Assembly (NCBI GenBank): GCA_951406725.2
Contig: OX597831.1
Location: forward strand, 65,906,001 to 65,970,000
DNA from: Octopus vulgaris
Taxonomy: Eukaryota
Direction of reading: 5' to 3'
Length of the DNA stretch: 64,000 bases
Under the pieces are notes generated by a model. That model was not told the DNA's origin, did not search any database, and worked only from the letters and a program-made list of their open reading frames with translations. A program made the translations under genes and the position numbers. Position 1 is the stretch's first letter, and each line of letters opens with the position of its first letter. Below, piece by piece: positions 38,842 through 50,735 of the stretch.

Positions 38842-39264
38842 GGATCTTTTCGGATTGAATGGCAATTTTTAACATAATTTCTAGGTAACTATAAAATTTT
38901 AAACTTCGTATACTGGTAGAATGTATTTATAAAACATCTTTTTCTCTTGGCTTTATTGAGAAAATTCTATAGTTTGTAGGATATTTGTTGTTTTTTTTCT
39001 TCACTTTCTGGAATTTCAACCAATCACTGATGTCTATTGAGGTAAACAACATTCTGTGCCGTATGAATATGTCCCTCGTTTAAGAAACAGATTGGGTTTA
39101 TTTACATTTGTGAAGAAAAAAAGATACCCTTCCCCCCACCCCTAACCCTAACCCTAACCCTAAAACAGATTGAAATGCAATAGATCGATACTAGGGTCAT
39201 AATTATGACTAACAATTTCATTTGACACCGCTAGAAAAAACTGCCGTTCAAACCGAAAAGATCC
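38842..39264 (+). mobile_element. Merlin-like MITE with internal telomere-like (CCCTAA)n
   Basis: TIR GGATCTTTTCGG.TTGAA.GGCA.TTTT, 8-bp TSD aagatttt, ccctaa x4 at ~39139-39163. Confidence 0.75.
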
Positions 39265-39713
39265 AAGATTTTTTTTAAAAAACTGTAATTTCATAGTTGC
39301 AAGCATTTTAGGACTTTACTATGTTGATGAAGCCAAACAAACTAAAACAAAGATCAGCATGTTCATTTTCTTGCATGTAAATTAACTTGAGAATTGCATT
39401 CTTCATTTCTTTGCCTTTGGATTACTTTGTCAAATGTAATGCTTATTTATTGACATTGTTTTTGAGATTTTGCTGATGTGATTTTTATATTTTTAGAATG
39501 ACATCATAGGTAGGTGTAAGAGGTTTGAGCTGGCTGGTTTGAACATAAAACAGGTAGAATATTTCAGCTAGATGTGACCTGTTGAAATGCTAGAGGGCTA
39601 AATTATCACCCGTTTCCCTTGTGATCGCTAAGAATTGCCACAATGTTTTTGTTTTCCATCTCTCAGTCTTAGGGAAATTTCAGAAACTTGCAAATTCATT
39701 TTGAATGATATTA

Positions 39714-41003
39714 CGAGGGACGTTCAATAAGTAATGCATCTGACCCACTTGCAGTTATTTGATCTAGCTGTAATTTTGCATGTGCAATCATTTATATCAC
39801 TATAGAGTAAGTGGCAAATTACAGCTCTGAATTAATTGTGGTTTCTGATTTACAGGTGTTTGAATCCAGTCAAGTGTGAAATGGAGCCTGTTGAGTGTCG
39901 AGCAGTGATCCGGTTTTTGTATTTGAAAGGACGCACACCACGGGAGACTTTTGATGAAATGAAAGTAACTTATGGTGATGATGCCCCATCATATGACCTT
40001 GTAAAATGCTGGCATCGTGAATTCAAACATGGTCAGAACTCTGTGGAAACAGCTCCCAGATCTTGTCGCCCCCTTCTGCCATCGATGAGGCATCTGTCCG
40101 TCAAGTTGAGGCTGCCATTTTGGAAGATCGACGCATAATTATTCGCCAAATAGCCCCTGAGGTCAAGATTAGTACCGGGTCTGTGGAAACTATCATTCAT
40201 GACCATTTGCATATGCAAAAGGTGTCTGCCAGATGGATTCCCAGGTTGCTCACACCTTTCCAGAAGCAAGAACGCGTCGAGTGCTCGAGGGTGAATTTGG
40301 AGATGTGCCAAGAAGATGAGTCAAAATTTTTCAAAAGACTGATTACACAGGATGAAGCCTGGGTCCATCACGATGATCCAGAGACCAAAGCCCAGTCAAT
40401 GCAGTGGAAGCACCGTGACTCACCCCCTCCAAAGAAGGCAAGGGTGCAGCCCTCCGCTGGCAAGGTCATGCTCACAGTCTTCTGGGACCAGGACGGAGTA
40501 GTGATGACAGATTTCCTGGCAAAGGGTACCACAATTGCAGGAGCCTATTATGCTTCACTTTTGAGGAAATTAAGAGAAGCTATCAAAATCAAGAGGCGGG
40601 GCAAGATCAGCAAAGTCATCCTCCTCCTGCAGGACAACGCTCCGGTCCACAACTCGCTTGTCGCTAGATCAGAAGCACAGGCGTATGGCTATGAACTCCT
40701 CCCCATCCCCCTACTTTCCTGACCTTGCACCCTCTGATTTTCACCTCTTCCCAATCATGAAGTTGTTTTTGAAAGGAAAGCGTTTCCCAGATGATGCAGC
40801 CTTGATTTCTGAAGTCACGTTGAGGTTGGACGACCAAGCTGGGTTCTTCTACAAAAACGGTCTCCATAGCCGCATCAAACGATGGGAGAAATGCGTAACT
40901 CTGGGTGGTTCCTATGTAGAAAAAGACTAATAACTGTGCCAAGTTTCGTTGCTCTACTGCTATGGGAAGTGGGTCAGGGGCATTACTTATTGAACGCCCC
41001 TCG
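39714..41003 (+). mobile_element. Full-length mariner transposon (~1290 bp)
   Basis: TA|CGAGGG.CGTTCAATAAGTAATGC...GCATTACTTATTGAACGCCCCTCG|TA. Confidence 0.95.
39881..40930 (+). pseudogene. mariner DD34D-type transposase with two frameshifts
   Basis: MEPVECRAVIRFL..., RWIPRLL, ITQDEAW, KVMLTVFWD, LLQDNAP, YFPDLAPSDFHLF. Frame changes near 40065 and 40710. Confidence 0.9.
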
Positions 41004-41170
41004 TAAATGTTAATGTAGTTTAGCCCAAGGCTAGCTCTGATTGAACAGACTTATGATGAAGGCATTCAAGCCATGACCCTTTCATCTTTTCTCAGGCACT
41101 GTTTACCTGGTACTACATTATTTAGTGAGAATTGATGGATATATGGCTGCTATTTTGAGCAGCTCCAGCA

Positions 41171-41554
41171 GTGGAGGCGCAATGGCCCAATGGTTAGGGC
41201 AGCGGACTCACGGTCAGAGGACTCGCGGTTTCGATTCCCAGACCGGGCGTTGTGTGTGTTTATTGAGCGAAAACACCTAAAAGCTCCACGAGGCTCCGGC
41301 ATGGGGTGGTGGCGACCCCTGTTGTACTCTTTCGCTCCAACTTTCTCTCACTCTTTCTTCCTGTTTCTTGTCCCCGACTTCCTATGCAACCACTGAGCTT
41401 GGATGCGCATTCATCCATCCATCGATGCTCTCGGTGTTGGGGGTTGACCTGCTTTCTCTTCTGCGGGTCTTACGAATAGCAAAGGACCACGTTTCGGACT
41501 TCTCCCATCTTGCCAGCTCTGGGACGAAGGCCGTTCGCTCAACAGCAACAGCAA
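41171..41554 (+). mobile_element. Modular tRNA-derived SINE, tail type B
   Basis: A box tggcccaatgg, B box gtttcgattcc, (CAA/CAG) tail, TSD ctccagca. Confidence 0.8.
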
Positions 41555-42400
41555 CTCCAGCAATTAGATAGAGGTTCCTGTCATCAATTTGTTGTTGGAT
41601 GTTAAATGTTTGATAAACAGTGTATTTCTAATTCATTTTATATCTGTTTTCTCTGTTGTATGAAGTTATTTTTTATTTAGTTGAATTTAATTGCAATTTC
41701 AATAAGAAATGAATTTATTTAGTGGGTGGATGTTAGCAAGTGAACAAGAATTAGATATCAGGGAGATGCAAATTTATTGAGCATGATAGGGATTCAGAAC
41801 AACAGTGCAGTTCAGAATATGAATGTATTTATGTATATTTGTAAACAAAAATGTGTTTCTGTATTTATTTTGCTTTGTATTAACTCTACAAAGATTAAGC
41901 CAGAGAGAGAGAGAGAACATCTTCTTATGGGCTCTAAGCTAGTCAACCAAATTAGTGACAGATAGTGAGAAAGAGAGAGAGTGAGAATGTGTATATACGT
42001 TAAATAAGACAGGTTGATAAAATCAATGTTTTGCTAAGAGAAAGTGCTTCTCTGATTAATTCTTCGAGATGAGATTCCTTTTATCACTAAGTTCCTGAAA
42101 GTTGCCAAGGATTTGTCAGACCAAGCTGATTGGCCATGTTTTAATCAGTAGACAACCTGAAGCTAACTTTGACTCATCTTTTGGTGTAAATTTACACCTG
42201 AAATATAATTTGGTTACTTCTGGCTACAGCTGTGAGGGATGTTCCTATTAGTTAATATGTCTGTATAGATTTGACTAGGCTAAAAGAGGAAATACAAACT
42301 ATGTAAATACAATTCGTTTTTTGTATCAGGTTTGCAAGATTCTTTGTATGTTGAAACAAATTTTGCTGTGTCTAGAGAGTCGTTATGCCAATATAATTAT

Positions 42401-42784
42401 GGAAGCACTTCGTCGGTTACGACGACGAGGGTTCCGGTTGATCCAAATCAACGGAACAGCCTGCTCGTGAAATTAACGTGTAAGTGGCTGAGCACTCTAC
42501 AGACACGTGTACCCTTAACGTAGTTCTCGGGGATATTCAGCGTGACACAGAGAGTGACAAGGCCAGCCCTTTGAAATACAGGTACAACAGAAACAGGAAG
42601 TAAGAGTGAGAGAAAGTTGTGGTGAAAGAGTACAGCAGGGATCACCATCATCCCCTGCCGGAGCCTCATGGAGCTTTAGGTGTTTTCGCTCAATAAACAC
42701 TCACAACGCCCGGTCTGGGAATCGAAACCGCGATCCTATGACCGCGAGTCCGCTGCCCTAACCACTGGGCCATTGCGCCTCCAC
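42401..42784 (-). mobile_element. Modular tRNA-derived SINE, tail type C (Nin/Deu-like domain)
   Basis: Shared head, body cgtagttctcggggatattcagcgtgacacagag, TSD caatataatta. Confidence 0.8.
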
Positions 42785-42800
42785 CAATATAATTAACACA

Positions 42801-43010
42801 CACACTGGTTGAATTCTACTCATTTATTAAATATCCAATTTTTGTTTGTCAAAGTTCTTTCATTACTTTTTACAACCTCAGTGACTATTGATTCTGTCCG
42901 TTATAGAGGACACATTTGTTTGTCACTGCAAAAAGCAACAAAAGAGCTTTGACAAAAGCAAAAAAAAAAAATTGGATATTTAATAAATAATTGGAATTAA
43001 ACCAGCGTGT
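42801..43010. repeat. Degenerate fold-back element
   Basis: atttattaaatatccaatt..gtcaaag / ctttgac..aattggatatttaataaat. Confidence 0.6.
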
Positions 43011-43455
43011 ATGTAAAGATAGCGATTTCAAAATTACTACACAATGTCATATCAGTATCAAAATATGGAAATTTTATTTAGTCTTACTTTATCCTACAAT
43101 TTTTAAAATAAATAAATACAGTTTCTATTTTTCTAAAATCCCAAGTGGCTGATACTATGTACTTTTAAAATGCCTTGGAATTGAAGCATTCAATACCTAG
43201 TAAATTTGTTTATACTCCCTTTTTGTTAATGTTTTTTGCATCCCTAATAATGAATAAGAATCATAATAATTCTGTATAAATGCATACAACATATGGATTA
43301 TTGAGAATATAACAAAGATGAATCATTATTTCTCAAAATTTTGCGTGTGGTTCATTAACCCATTATAATAGGAACTAACATAAGTGTATTCTAATTGTGT
43401 CAGTCCAATCCATATATCTTTAATATGTATATGTGTGTGTATATGTGTGTATATA

Positions 43456-43523
<68 letters not shown>

Positions 43524-43539
43524 TATAACATTTAAATAA

Positions 43540-43762
43540 TGAGGGTGATAAATTGAATACTAAATTAATTAATATCAATTTAAAACCAGTAGCCTAGCAT
43601 ATAAAAATAAGAAAAATCAGAGAAAATTCCAATACATGTGTATATTTAGGGCTAAAAACCACTATGTGGACAGCCATATTTTTTCTTTGTAGTTTGATCG
43701 TATGTGATCTACTTCTAGCATATGGCTGTCCACATAGTGGTTTTTAGCCCTAAATATACATA
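43540..43762. mobile_element. PLE-type fold-back element in (TA)n
   Basis: tgtatatttagggctaaaaaccactatgtggacagccatat / atatggctgtccacatagtggtttttagccctaaatataca. The flank resembles 26670-26710. Confidence 0.6.
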
Positions 43763-43810
43763 TATATATATATATATATACATATATATACATACATACA
43801 TATGCATATA

Positions 43811-44190
43811 TACCGTATTTGCCGATGTATTAACTGTACATTTTCCTGGCAGAAAAACCCAGGAAAAAGAGGGGTGCGGTTTATACATGGGTACGAGGAA
43901 AAGTCGGTCTAAAACCCAAACATTATTTCATGTAATTATCCAAGATTCATGTGGTACAAGCTCCCCTTACAATTCTTGCCATTAAAACTAGTAAAAAAAC
44001 TCTTTAAATATTCTTATTTCAGTATCATCATTCATTTTGTCCATCATACAACATTACAACATTACAACATTACGCATTTCAAGCCAACGTGTGCCAGAGT
44101 TGTCTCAATCACAGCCTCTGCTTCGATGGTGCTGCAGCCCTGTAGAAGACAGACATGTGCTGGTAGAAAATTTGCACGAATTTCTTTAAA
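43811..44190 (-). mobile_element. pogo/Tigger-type transposon end
   Basis: TA|CCGTATTT terminus with subterminal ggtgcggtttatacatg motif. The other end was not found. Confidence 0.5.
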
Positions 44191-44194
44191 GACA

Positions 44195-44695
44195 TACCTT
44201 TTGCCCATGTTTCCTTGCTTCATAAGGCTTGTGTAGTGAGGACACATTCATTATCCTAAGTCTGCTATCAGTATATTGATTTTCATGTTGTATGACAAAG
44301 CTGAGTTCTTCTGAACAACATATTTTGAAGCTATGGGTTTCATGTAAATTCTCTAACCAAATTTCAGTATCAAGGCCAGGGAATCTATTGTTAGGGAACC
44401 TAGTGGGGTTATCTATAGTTACCTTGAATACTTTGTTGGATGGAGTTAGCTACGTGCTGAATGCTCTCCATTATGCTCTGCCCAATTTCTACATTACAGT
44501 TACTAGAATTTGTCCTAACTAGAATATCAATGTCATCTACATACCTACAGTAAAGCAAAACAGTTGTGGATTGTTCTGCTAAGGATTGTTTAAGTTTTCT
44601 GTTCTACCAGGTCATGAAGAGACCAGCCACATCTCCAGCTACACTGACACCAATAGCTGCACCTTGAATTTGCATGTATAGTCTTGTCCTTACCC
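44195..44695 (-). pseudogene. Penelope-like reverse transcriptase fragment
   Basis: RLYMQIQGAAIGVSVAGDVAGLFMTW*...LLYCRYVDDIDIL...TIDNPTRFPNNRFPGLDTEIW...YMKPIASKYVVQKNSAL. Confidence 0.85.
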
Positions 44696-44699
44696 TCGG

Positions 44700-44995
44700 A
44701 ACATAGAGTAGATGAAACAGGGACAACTGAAGAAGGGGAATATTCCTTGTGTTGTATGTCTTGTACTCTGTTTTTTTCGTTGTTTGTAAAAAAGTTCGTT
44801 TTTATGTTTTTGTTTTTATTTTTTCATTTCTTATTGTGTTCAACGTTTTTTTGATGTCCTGTACCCATATATGCATGTATAAATACATATACATAAATAA
44901 GTGGCGGTAAAGAATACGGACATCACCCGTTTTCGGCGTAACCCTAACTGTAAACACCAGGAATGCGTATTCCTGACCTTTGCCCATAAATACAT
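44700..44995 (+). mobile_element. PLE terminal-repeat segment inverted relative to the adjacent RT
   Basis: gagtagatgaaacagggacaactgaagaagggg...gtcctgtaccc. Same family as 5330 and 48558. Confidence 0.6.
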
Positions 44996-45535
44996 ATGCA
45001 TACATCTTTTTTTGTGCGTGAGAGAGAGAGAGAGAGAGGCTGTATTACCCCATAACATATTAAACAAAATTGATGAATTTTTGGTTGTGGGTTATACAAT
45101 ATTTCTGTGTACATTTTCATAAATATTTGTCTGAGTAGAATTCTACAAATGTGTGAAACATCAGGCGAAAGTGATACATTCAAAGCAAATCAAAATATTG
45201 TCTGAAAATGAATTCAAAATTGTGCAACCCAACCTAGTTGCCGAGGTTATTTTAGTCGTAAAAAAGAGTTGTTGAGTCAAAACATAGTTTATTTCGTGTG
45301 ACTTATTCGGAGAAACATTACTTTATTATTCATACATTGTCACTCTCATAATGCAACACTTTGTAATTTTGGTTCAAATTGAAAGTGTGAAACTATTTTC
45401 ATTTTGTAATGAAACTTGGTCATTGTAGAAAAGTGTATTTCAAGTAACTATAGCTGGTTATTGAGATAACGTAGAAAATATGTTAATGAAAATAAAGCTT
45501 ATTTGACATGTGTAATTGATTTGATTGTTCTGGTA

Positions 45536-45735
45536 GGTGGCGAGCTGGCAGAATCGTTAGCATGCCGGGCAAAATGCTTGAGCGGTATTTCACCTGTTCA
45601 AATGCCGCCAGGGTCAACTTTGCTTTTCATCCTTTCGGGGTTGATAAATTAAGTACCAGTGAGACATTGGGGTCGATGTAACCGACTGGACCCCTCCCCC
45701 GAAATTTCAGGCCTTGTGCTTATAGTAAAAAGGAT
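45536..45735 (+). mobile_element. Meta-domain-type SINE (variant tail)
   Basis: ggtggcgagctggcagaatcgttag...catcctttcggggttgataaattaagtaccag. Confidence 0.8.
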
Positions 45736-46569
45736 TTGATTGTTCTGGTCTTAACATCAGTTGGCAAGAATAGAAGTCATTTGATGACAATACCCATCTT
45801 GTCCATTCCACAGAATAAGATTATATTGGAGAGCATCTTAAGAGGGATGAGTCTGTGAAATACGTTTAAGGTTGTTATCTTGAGCACGAATGAGAATATC
45901 ATAATTTTCAATGGGATCACCAACCATAAGGATGGCTACTTCATTAGATGTGGGCACGTTAAAACAGCGTAAAATGTTCTTTACTATAGTTTACTATAGA
46001 CGCAACGAATGCAGAAACACACACACTCATAATATTGAAAACAGCAAAGCGAACGCACACGAAGTTCAAGCAAAATGAAATATAGCCAATACAGGTGCAA
46101 AACATACTTTCGGTTACACAGTTATGCTATTAAAAAAAATGGAAAGTCATCAATTTAGCAAAAGTTAGTATGTGTCACCAATGTAAGAAAGTACATAAAG
46201 TCAACATTTATTTGGAACATGTTTTAAATGTTATTAAAATTCACGATTGAATGAATGTCACGGCGAAGAAAGTGAAAACCCAAGAAAATTCAGAAGGCGT
46301 AATTCAGTTTCACATACAAAAATAATTTATTTCACAATTTTGAAACGAACGCTGAACCAAGTGTATAAAAAGGAAGATGCTGTTTTTGAACTGCGTAACA
46401 TTATAGCCTGTAGAATAAATATTGAGTAACAGAGTAAAATGGTTGTGCGACGTTGATACTCACTGTGATGAAGAATACAAGGACTGTTGAGAAAAACATT
46501 ATCTTGAAACTGGCTAGAAGGAGTAGAATAACATTTCTGTAATTATACTGAAAGAGCTGCTGAGGCTTT

Positions 46570-46878
46570 GTTGTTGTTTGTTCCTTCTCGAGCCATGCCT
46601 GGCTCATGAGGGCCGGTTTCCCGGTTTCCTTGGTGTATAGGTTCCCCACCTGGACGGGACGCCGGTCCGTCGCAGGTGAGCTGCTAGATGCAAGAGGAAA
46701 GAGTGAGAGAAAGTTGTGGCGAAAGAATCAGTAGAAGTTCGCCATTACCTTCTGCCGGAGCCGCGTGGAGCTTAGGTGTTTTCGCTCACAAACACACACA
46801 TCACCCAGTCCGAGATTCGAACTCGCGATCCTTCGACCGCGAGTCCGCTGCTCTAACCACTAAGCCATGTGCCTCCAC
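46570..46878 (-). mobile_element. Modular tRNA-derived SINE, tail type D (V-domain-like)
   Basis: Minus strand cctgcgacggaccggcgtcccgtccaggtgggg. TSD about tgctgag.cttt. Confidence 0.8.
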
Positions 46879-46946
46879 GTGCTGAGACTTTCTACTTCGC
46901 CAAGTTTCCGAATTTTTTATAATAACCAGAACAATATTTTTTTCAG

Positions 46947-46994
46947 ATATATCAGCGAATATTGTCAGTGGTGTCAAATCAGGAAAATCTTCAG
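46947..46994 (+). CDS. Candidate 48-nt internal exon of unidentified + strand gene
   Basis: tttttttcag| ... cag|gttggt. Phase 1-1 reading (D)ISANIVSGVKSGKSS. Confidence 0.35.
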
Positions 46995-47564
46995 GTTGGT
47001 AGTACTTGAAAGTGAACGTTGTTGTTAGTTTGAAGTCCAGGTTGCAAGTAAACTTTCGATATCTGCGCATTTCACTGTTTTTTTTTTGGGGGGGGGGGAG
47101 CAGTTACATACATAAACTGAGAGAAACACGAACACATATATACATTAACGCATACGTGAAGCCTATCTTTGTCCCTGTGTGTATCTGCAGCTGTCTTTAG
47201 ATGTGTATGTGTGTGTGTGTCAGTCATCACAAAAATGTATGTATATTGACAGACAGAAACACCGTCACACACCTACTTGTCAGTCATCAGCCTAACATAC
47301 GCAACGAATGTGTGAGCACAGAAAATGTGACATCATCGTGGTGGTGGTGGTAAAAGATGTCGTTTACAATAGGTGACTAAAAGAAAAATGATAATCTTAA
47401 ATTTTTGTAATGGAAATAGGTGAATAAAAAATACAGTTTAGTTGCTAGCCAAAAGGTTACTGAATCTTTTGATACTCCATACGTCAAAAACGGCAACTCA
47501 GGTTTGGGATGCAGAAGGAACATACGCGCACACACATACAAACTCTCATATATATATATATATA

Positions 47565-47787
47565 TATTGATTCAAAATGTGACCGCGTGTGTACCATTAA
47601 CGATTTTTTCCCCTCCGTCTTCCCTTCTCTGGATCTTTCCTTTTCCTATGTTTCTGACGAAGAGTTCCGCTCGAAACGTCAAACCCTCCTTCTTTCCTTC
47701 CTTCCTGAGCGTCCAATAATACTATATTTGTTCCACATCCTCGCGTTATTGTGTTTTCTCTTTGTGTTTTCATGTTTGGATTAACTT

Positions 47788-47790
<3 letters not shown>
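47565..47790 (+). mobile_element. PLE pLTR embedded in (TA)n
   Basis: Second copy inverted at 5535-5750. Contains a hammerhead motif. Confidence 0.75.
47650..47684 (+). ncRNA. Minimal type I hammerhead ribozyme motif (PLE type), intact core
   Basis: GTTT-CTGACGA-a-GAG-ttccg-CTC-GAAA-C-GTC-AAAC: stem I GTTT/AAAC, stem II GAG/CTC, GUC cleavage triplet, essentially no stem III. Confidence 0.75.
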
Positions 47791-47842
<52 letters not shown>

Positions 47843-47844
<2 letters not shown>

Positions 47845-48005
47845 ACAAACTTCCTTCAGTTTCCGTCTACCAAATCCACTCAGAAGGCTTTGGTCGGCTC
47901 GAGGTTATAATAGAAGACACTTGCCCAAGGTGCCTTGCAGTGAGACTGAAACCGGAATCATGTGGTTGGGAAGCAAGCTACTTACTATACAGGCACTCCT
48001 GTGCT
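47843..48005 (-). mobile_element. CORE-like SINE 5' half
   Basis: 2074 family, partial. Confidence 0.75.
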
Positions 48006-48059
48006 TATAAATATATATATAATGGAATAATTACTATGAAGCATTGTGTAGAATATATT

Positions 48060-48330
48060 GTATAAAGGATCGTGGGTGGGTAAGGCCAAAACAATGCAAG
48101 GTAAATCGCCAGAAAACAAATATGTGAGTTAATGTAGACTTATCTTGTATTCAGTATTTCGGTGTTATGACCCCATTTTCAAGAAATAAACAAATGTTGC
48201 TGACTATTTCTTGAAAAGTGGGTCATAACCCCGAAATATTGAATACAAGGTAAGTCTACATTAATTCGCATATTTGTTTTCTTGTGATTTACTTTGCATT
48301 GTTTTGGCCTTACCCACGATCCTTTGTACT
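48060..48330. mobile_element. PLE-type fold-back (inverted pLTR pair) with hammerhead-variant motif in each arm
   Basis: ~125-bp arms. CTTGAAAA-gtGGG-tcataa-CCC-CGAAA at 48210-48237 and its counterpart on the minus strand at 48156-48183. Confidence 0.7.
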
Positions 48331-48477
48331 ATATATATATATATATAGTGAGGGTATAAAAGGTATTGGTATCTAGAAGACCCAAAGAGTGTTATGTAAT
48401 GCTAAGTGCTAAGGACAGGCCATAGTTCGAGAGTGATACGAGTGAGGAGTTTAGTGTGGGTCTTGTATTAGCCTACA

Positions 48478-48510
<33 letters not shown>

Positions 48511-48557
48511 GTCTCTCTCTCTCTATCTATCTATCTATATATATATATATATATATA

Positions 48558-48720
48558 TGGGTACAGGACGTCATAAGCCGTAAACACATGAAATATGAAA
48601 ACAAATGAGTTGATACGCAAACAATGAAAGAAACAGATGAAAAACAGGACAAGTAACATAAAGAATGACCCTTCATCAGTTGTTGGCTGTCCATCTACTC
48701 CTCACTTCGAGCATTGCAGG
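48558..48720 (-). mobile_element. PLE terminal-repeat fragment
   Basis: Family of 5330/44700. Minus strand aactgatgaaggg. Confidence 0.55.
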
Positions 48721-48949
48721 CAGTGATTCCTCCATTAGTTCACTAGTTTCTGTAGTCTGCTGTTGTGACTGACTATCGGCTTGATATTATTATAATCTCT
48801 GTTAGTTTTAAACAGTTTGTAGTTGGAAGTAATTAATTTGCAGCAATTGTGTCATGCCTCCATTTGCACACTGCCTCTTTCTGTTGGTAGCAGTGACTGG
48901 TTGCTTTGTTATATGATAGTGGTCTTCCATATATTTTTTCTTTTGCTTT

Positions 48950-49355
48950 TTTTTTATTTGTTTCAGTCATTTGAGAGCGGCCATGCTGGAGCACCACCTT
49001 TAGTCGAGTAAATCGACCCCAGTACTTATTCTTAGTAAGCCTAGTACTTATTCTATTGGTCTCTTTTGCCGAACCGCTAAGTTACGGAGACGTGAACACA
49101 CCAACACCGGTTGTCAAGCGATGTGGGGGACAAACAGACACACACGCACGCGCGCACACACTCACACACACACACACACACATACATATATACAACAAAC
49201 TTCTTTCAGTTTCCGTCTACCAAATCCACTCACAAGGCTTTGGTCAGCCCAAGGCTATAGTGGATGACACTTGCCCAAGGTGCCACGCAGTGGGATTGAA
49301 CCCGGAACCATGTGGTTGGTAAGCAAGTTAATAACCACACAGCCACTCCTGTGCC
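48950..49355 (-). mobile_element. tRNA-derived CORE-like SINE
   Basis: 2074 family. Confidence 0.85.
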
Positions 49356-50239
49356 TGTATGGTAAACTTTTACATGGATCAATAATATAGGTTAGAGAAA
49401 TGCATTTATTTTGTACATCAACTCAATATTTTGTAAATGTTGCTCTTTAACGATGAAATATATTAAGACAAACATATTGGGTTCTTTTCATGTCTGTTTC
49501 TATAAGACATATATAGTGTTACTATCATGTTTTGAGATGCCACTTGTTGTTCTTGGTAATTCATTCTGGTGCCATCTCTCAACATGACCTTGGTTTAATA
49601 TACCAATACTGAAGCCAGGCATTATCCAATTACTATCTATTAAGTAAGATGATGGACTATTCTTATCACTTTCATTTGTTTAACTGTATCTCTAGGAGTA
49701 TAATTATTGTAATTGATGTTTTATATCATGCTTCTTACATTTTTAGTGCAACTATAGCTAATCTAAACATTTTTCTTTTTAAAGAGATTGTATTTCTTGA
49801 TACCATAAAGGAAATGTTTCCTGATTAAAGATAGGAAATTTTGTGGTGTTTTTGGTAATGTAATTAGATTAAAAACTGAGTGGGATGATTTTGTGATTGT
49901 ATTTGGTTTGCAAGATTCTTGTTAGTTGTTAGTTAGTTAGTTAGTTAATTTTTTGGCTCAAAAAGCAAAAAAGCAAGGCCATGTAGGGGGACATGGAGTT
50001 ATTTGATTAACTATTTGGTTAATCAATTGGTTATGTTTGTCAGAGTCCTTCCACTGCCTTTCGTAACCTCAGCAATGACACACTCTCTGTACTTCAGGTT
50101 TGTCTGTCTCCTGGTTTATAGATTCTATAGATTTATGGAGATGTAAGAAGGAGTATGTGAGAGAGAGAGAGCTTGTGTGTGTGCATGCCTGTTTGACATC
50201 GTGTGGTTTCTGTGAAAGATGTGAGTAGTTAGATGTTTA

Positions 50240-50647
50240 GGATCTTTTCGGTTTGAACGGCAGTTTTTTCTAGTGGTGTCATATGAAATTGTCACCCATA
50301 ATTATGACCCTAGTATCGATCTATTGCATTTCAATCTGTTTTAGGGTTAGGGTTTGGGGTGGGGGAAGGGTATCTTTTTTTTCTTCAGAAATGTAAATAA
50401 ACCCAATCTGTTTCTTAAACGAGGGACATATTCATACGGCACAGAATGTTTTTTACCTCAGTGATTGGTTGAAATTGCAGAAATTGAAGAAAAAAAAACA
50501 ACAAATATCTTACAAACTATAGAATTTTCTCAATAAAGCCAAGAGAAAAAGATGTTTTATAAACACATTCTACCAGTATACGAAGTTTAAAATTTTTTAG
50601 TTACCTAGAAATTATGTTAAAAACTGCCGTTCAAACCGAAAAGATCC
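50240..50647 (-). mobile_element. Merlin-like MITE, second copy
   Basis: Inverted relative to 38842. TSD gatgttta/tatgttta. ttagggttaggg at 50341. Confidence 0.75.
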
Positions 50648-50735
50648 TATGTTTATGTATTTATTTTATGGTTAGTGTCTTTGTGGATGAACTGTGTGTG
50701 TATGGATTGTCATTTATTCTTGGGATGATGTAGAT

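Noticed and set aside
39139-39163. True telomere or fusion scar
   Set aside because: Only four units, internal to a MITE that has a second copy in the window.
41171-41245. tRNA gene
   Set aside because: A/B boxes are present, but it is the head of a multi-copy SINE with body, tail and TSD. The same applies to the other SINE heads.
44062-44247. 61-aa minus ORF as host exon
   Set aside because: Spans the junction between a PLE RT remnant and a pogo-type end, so it is best explained as TE debris.
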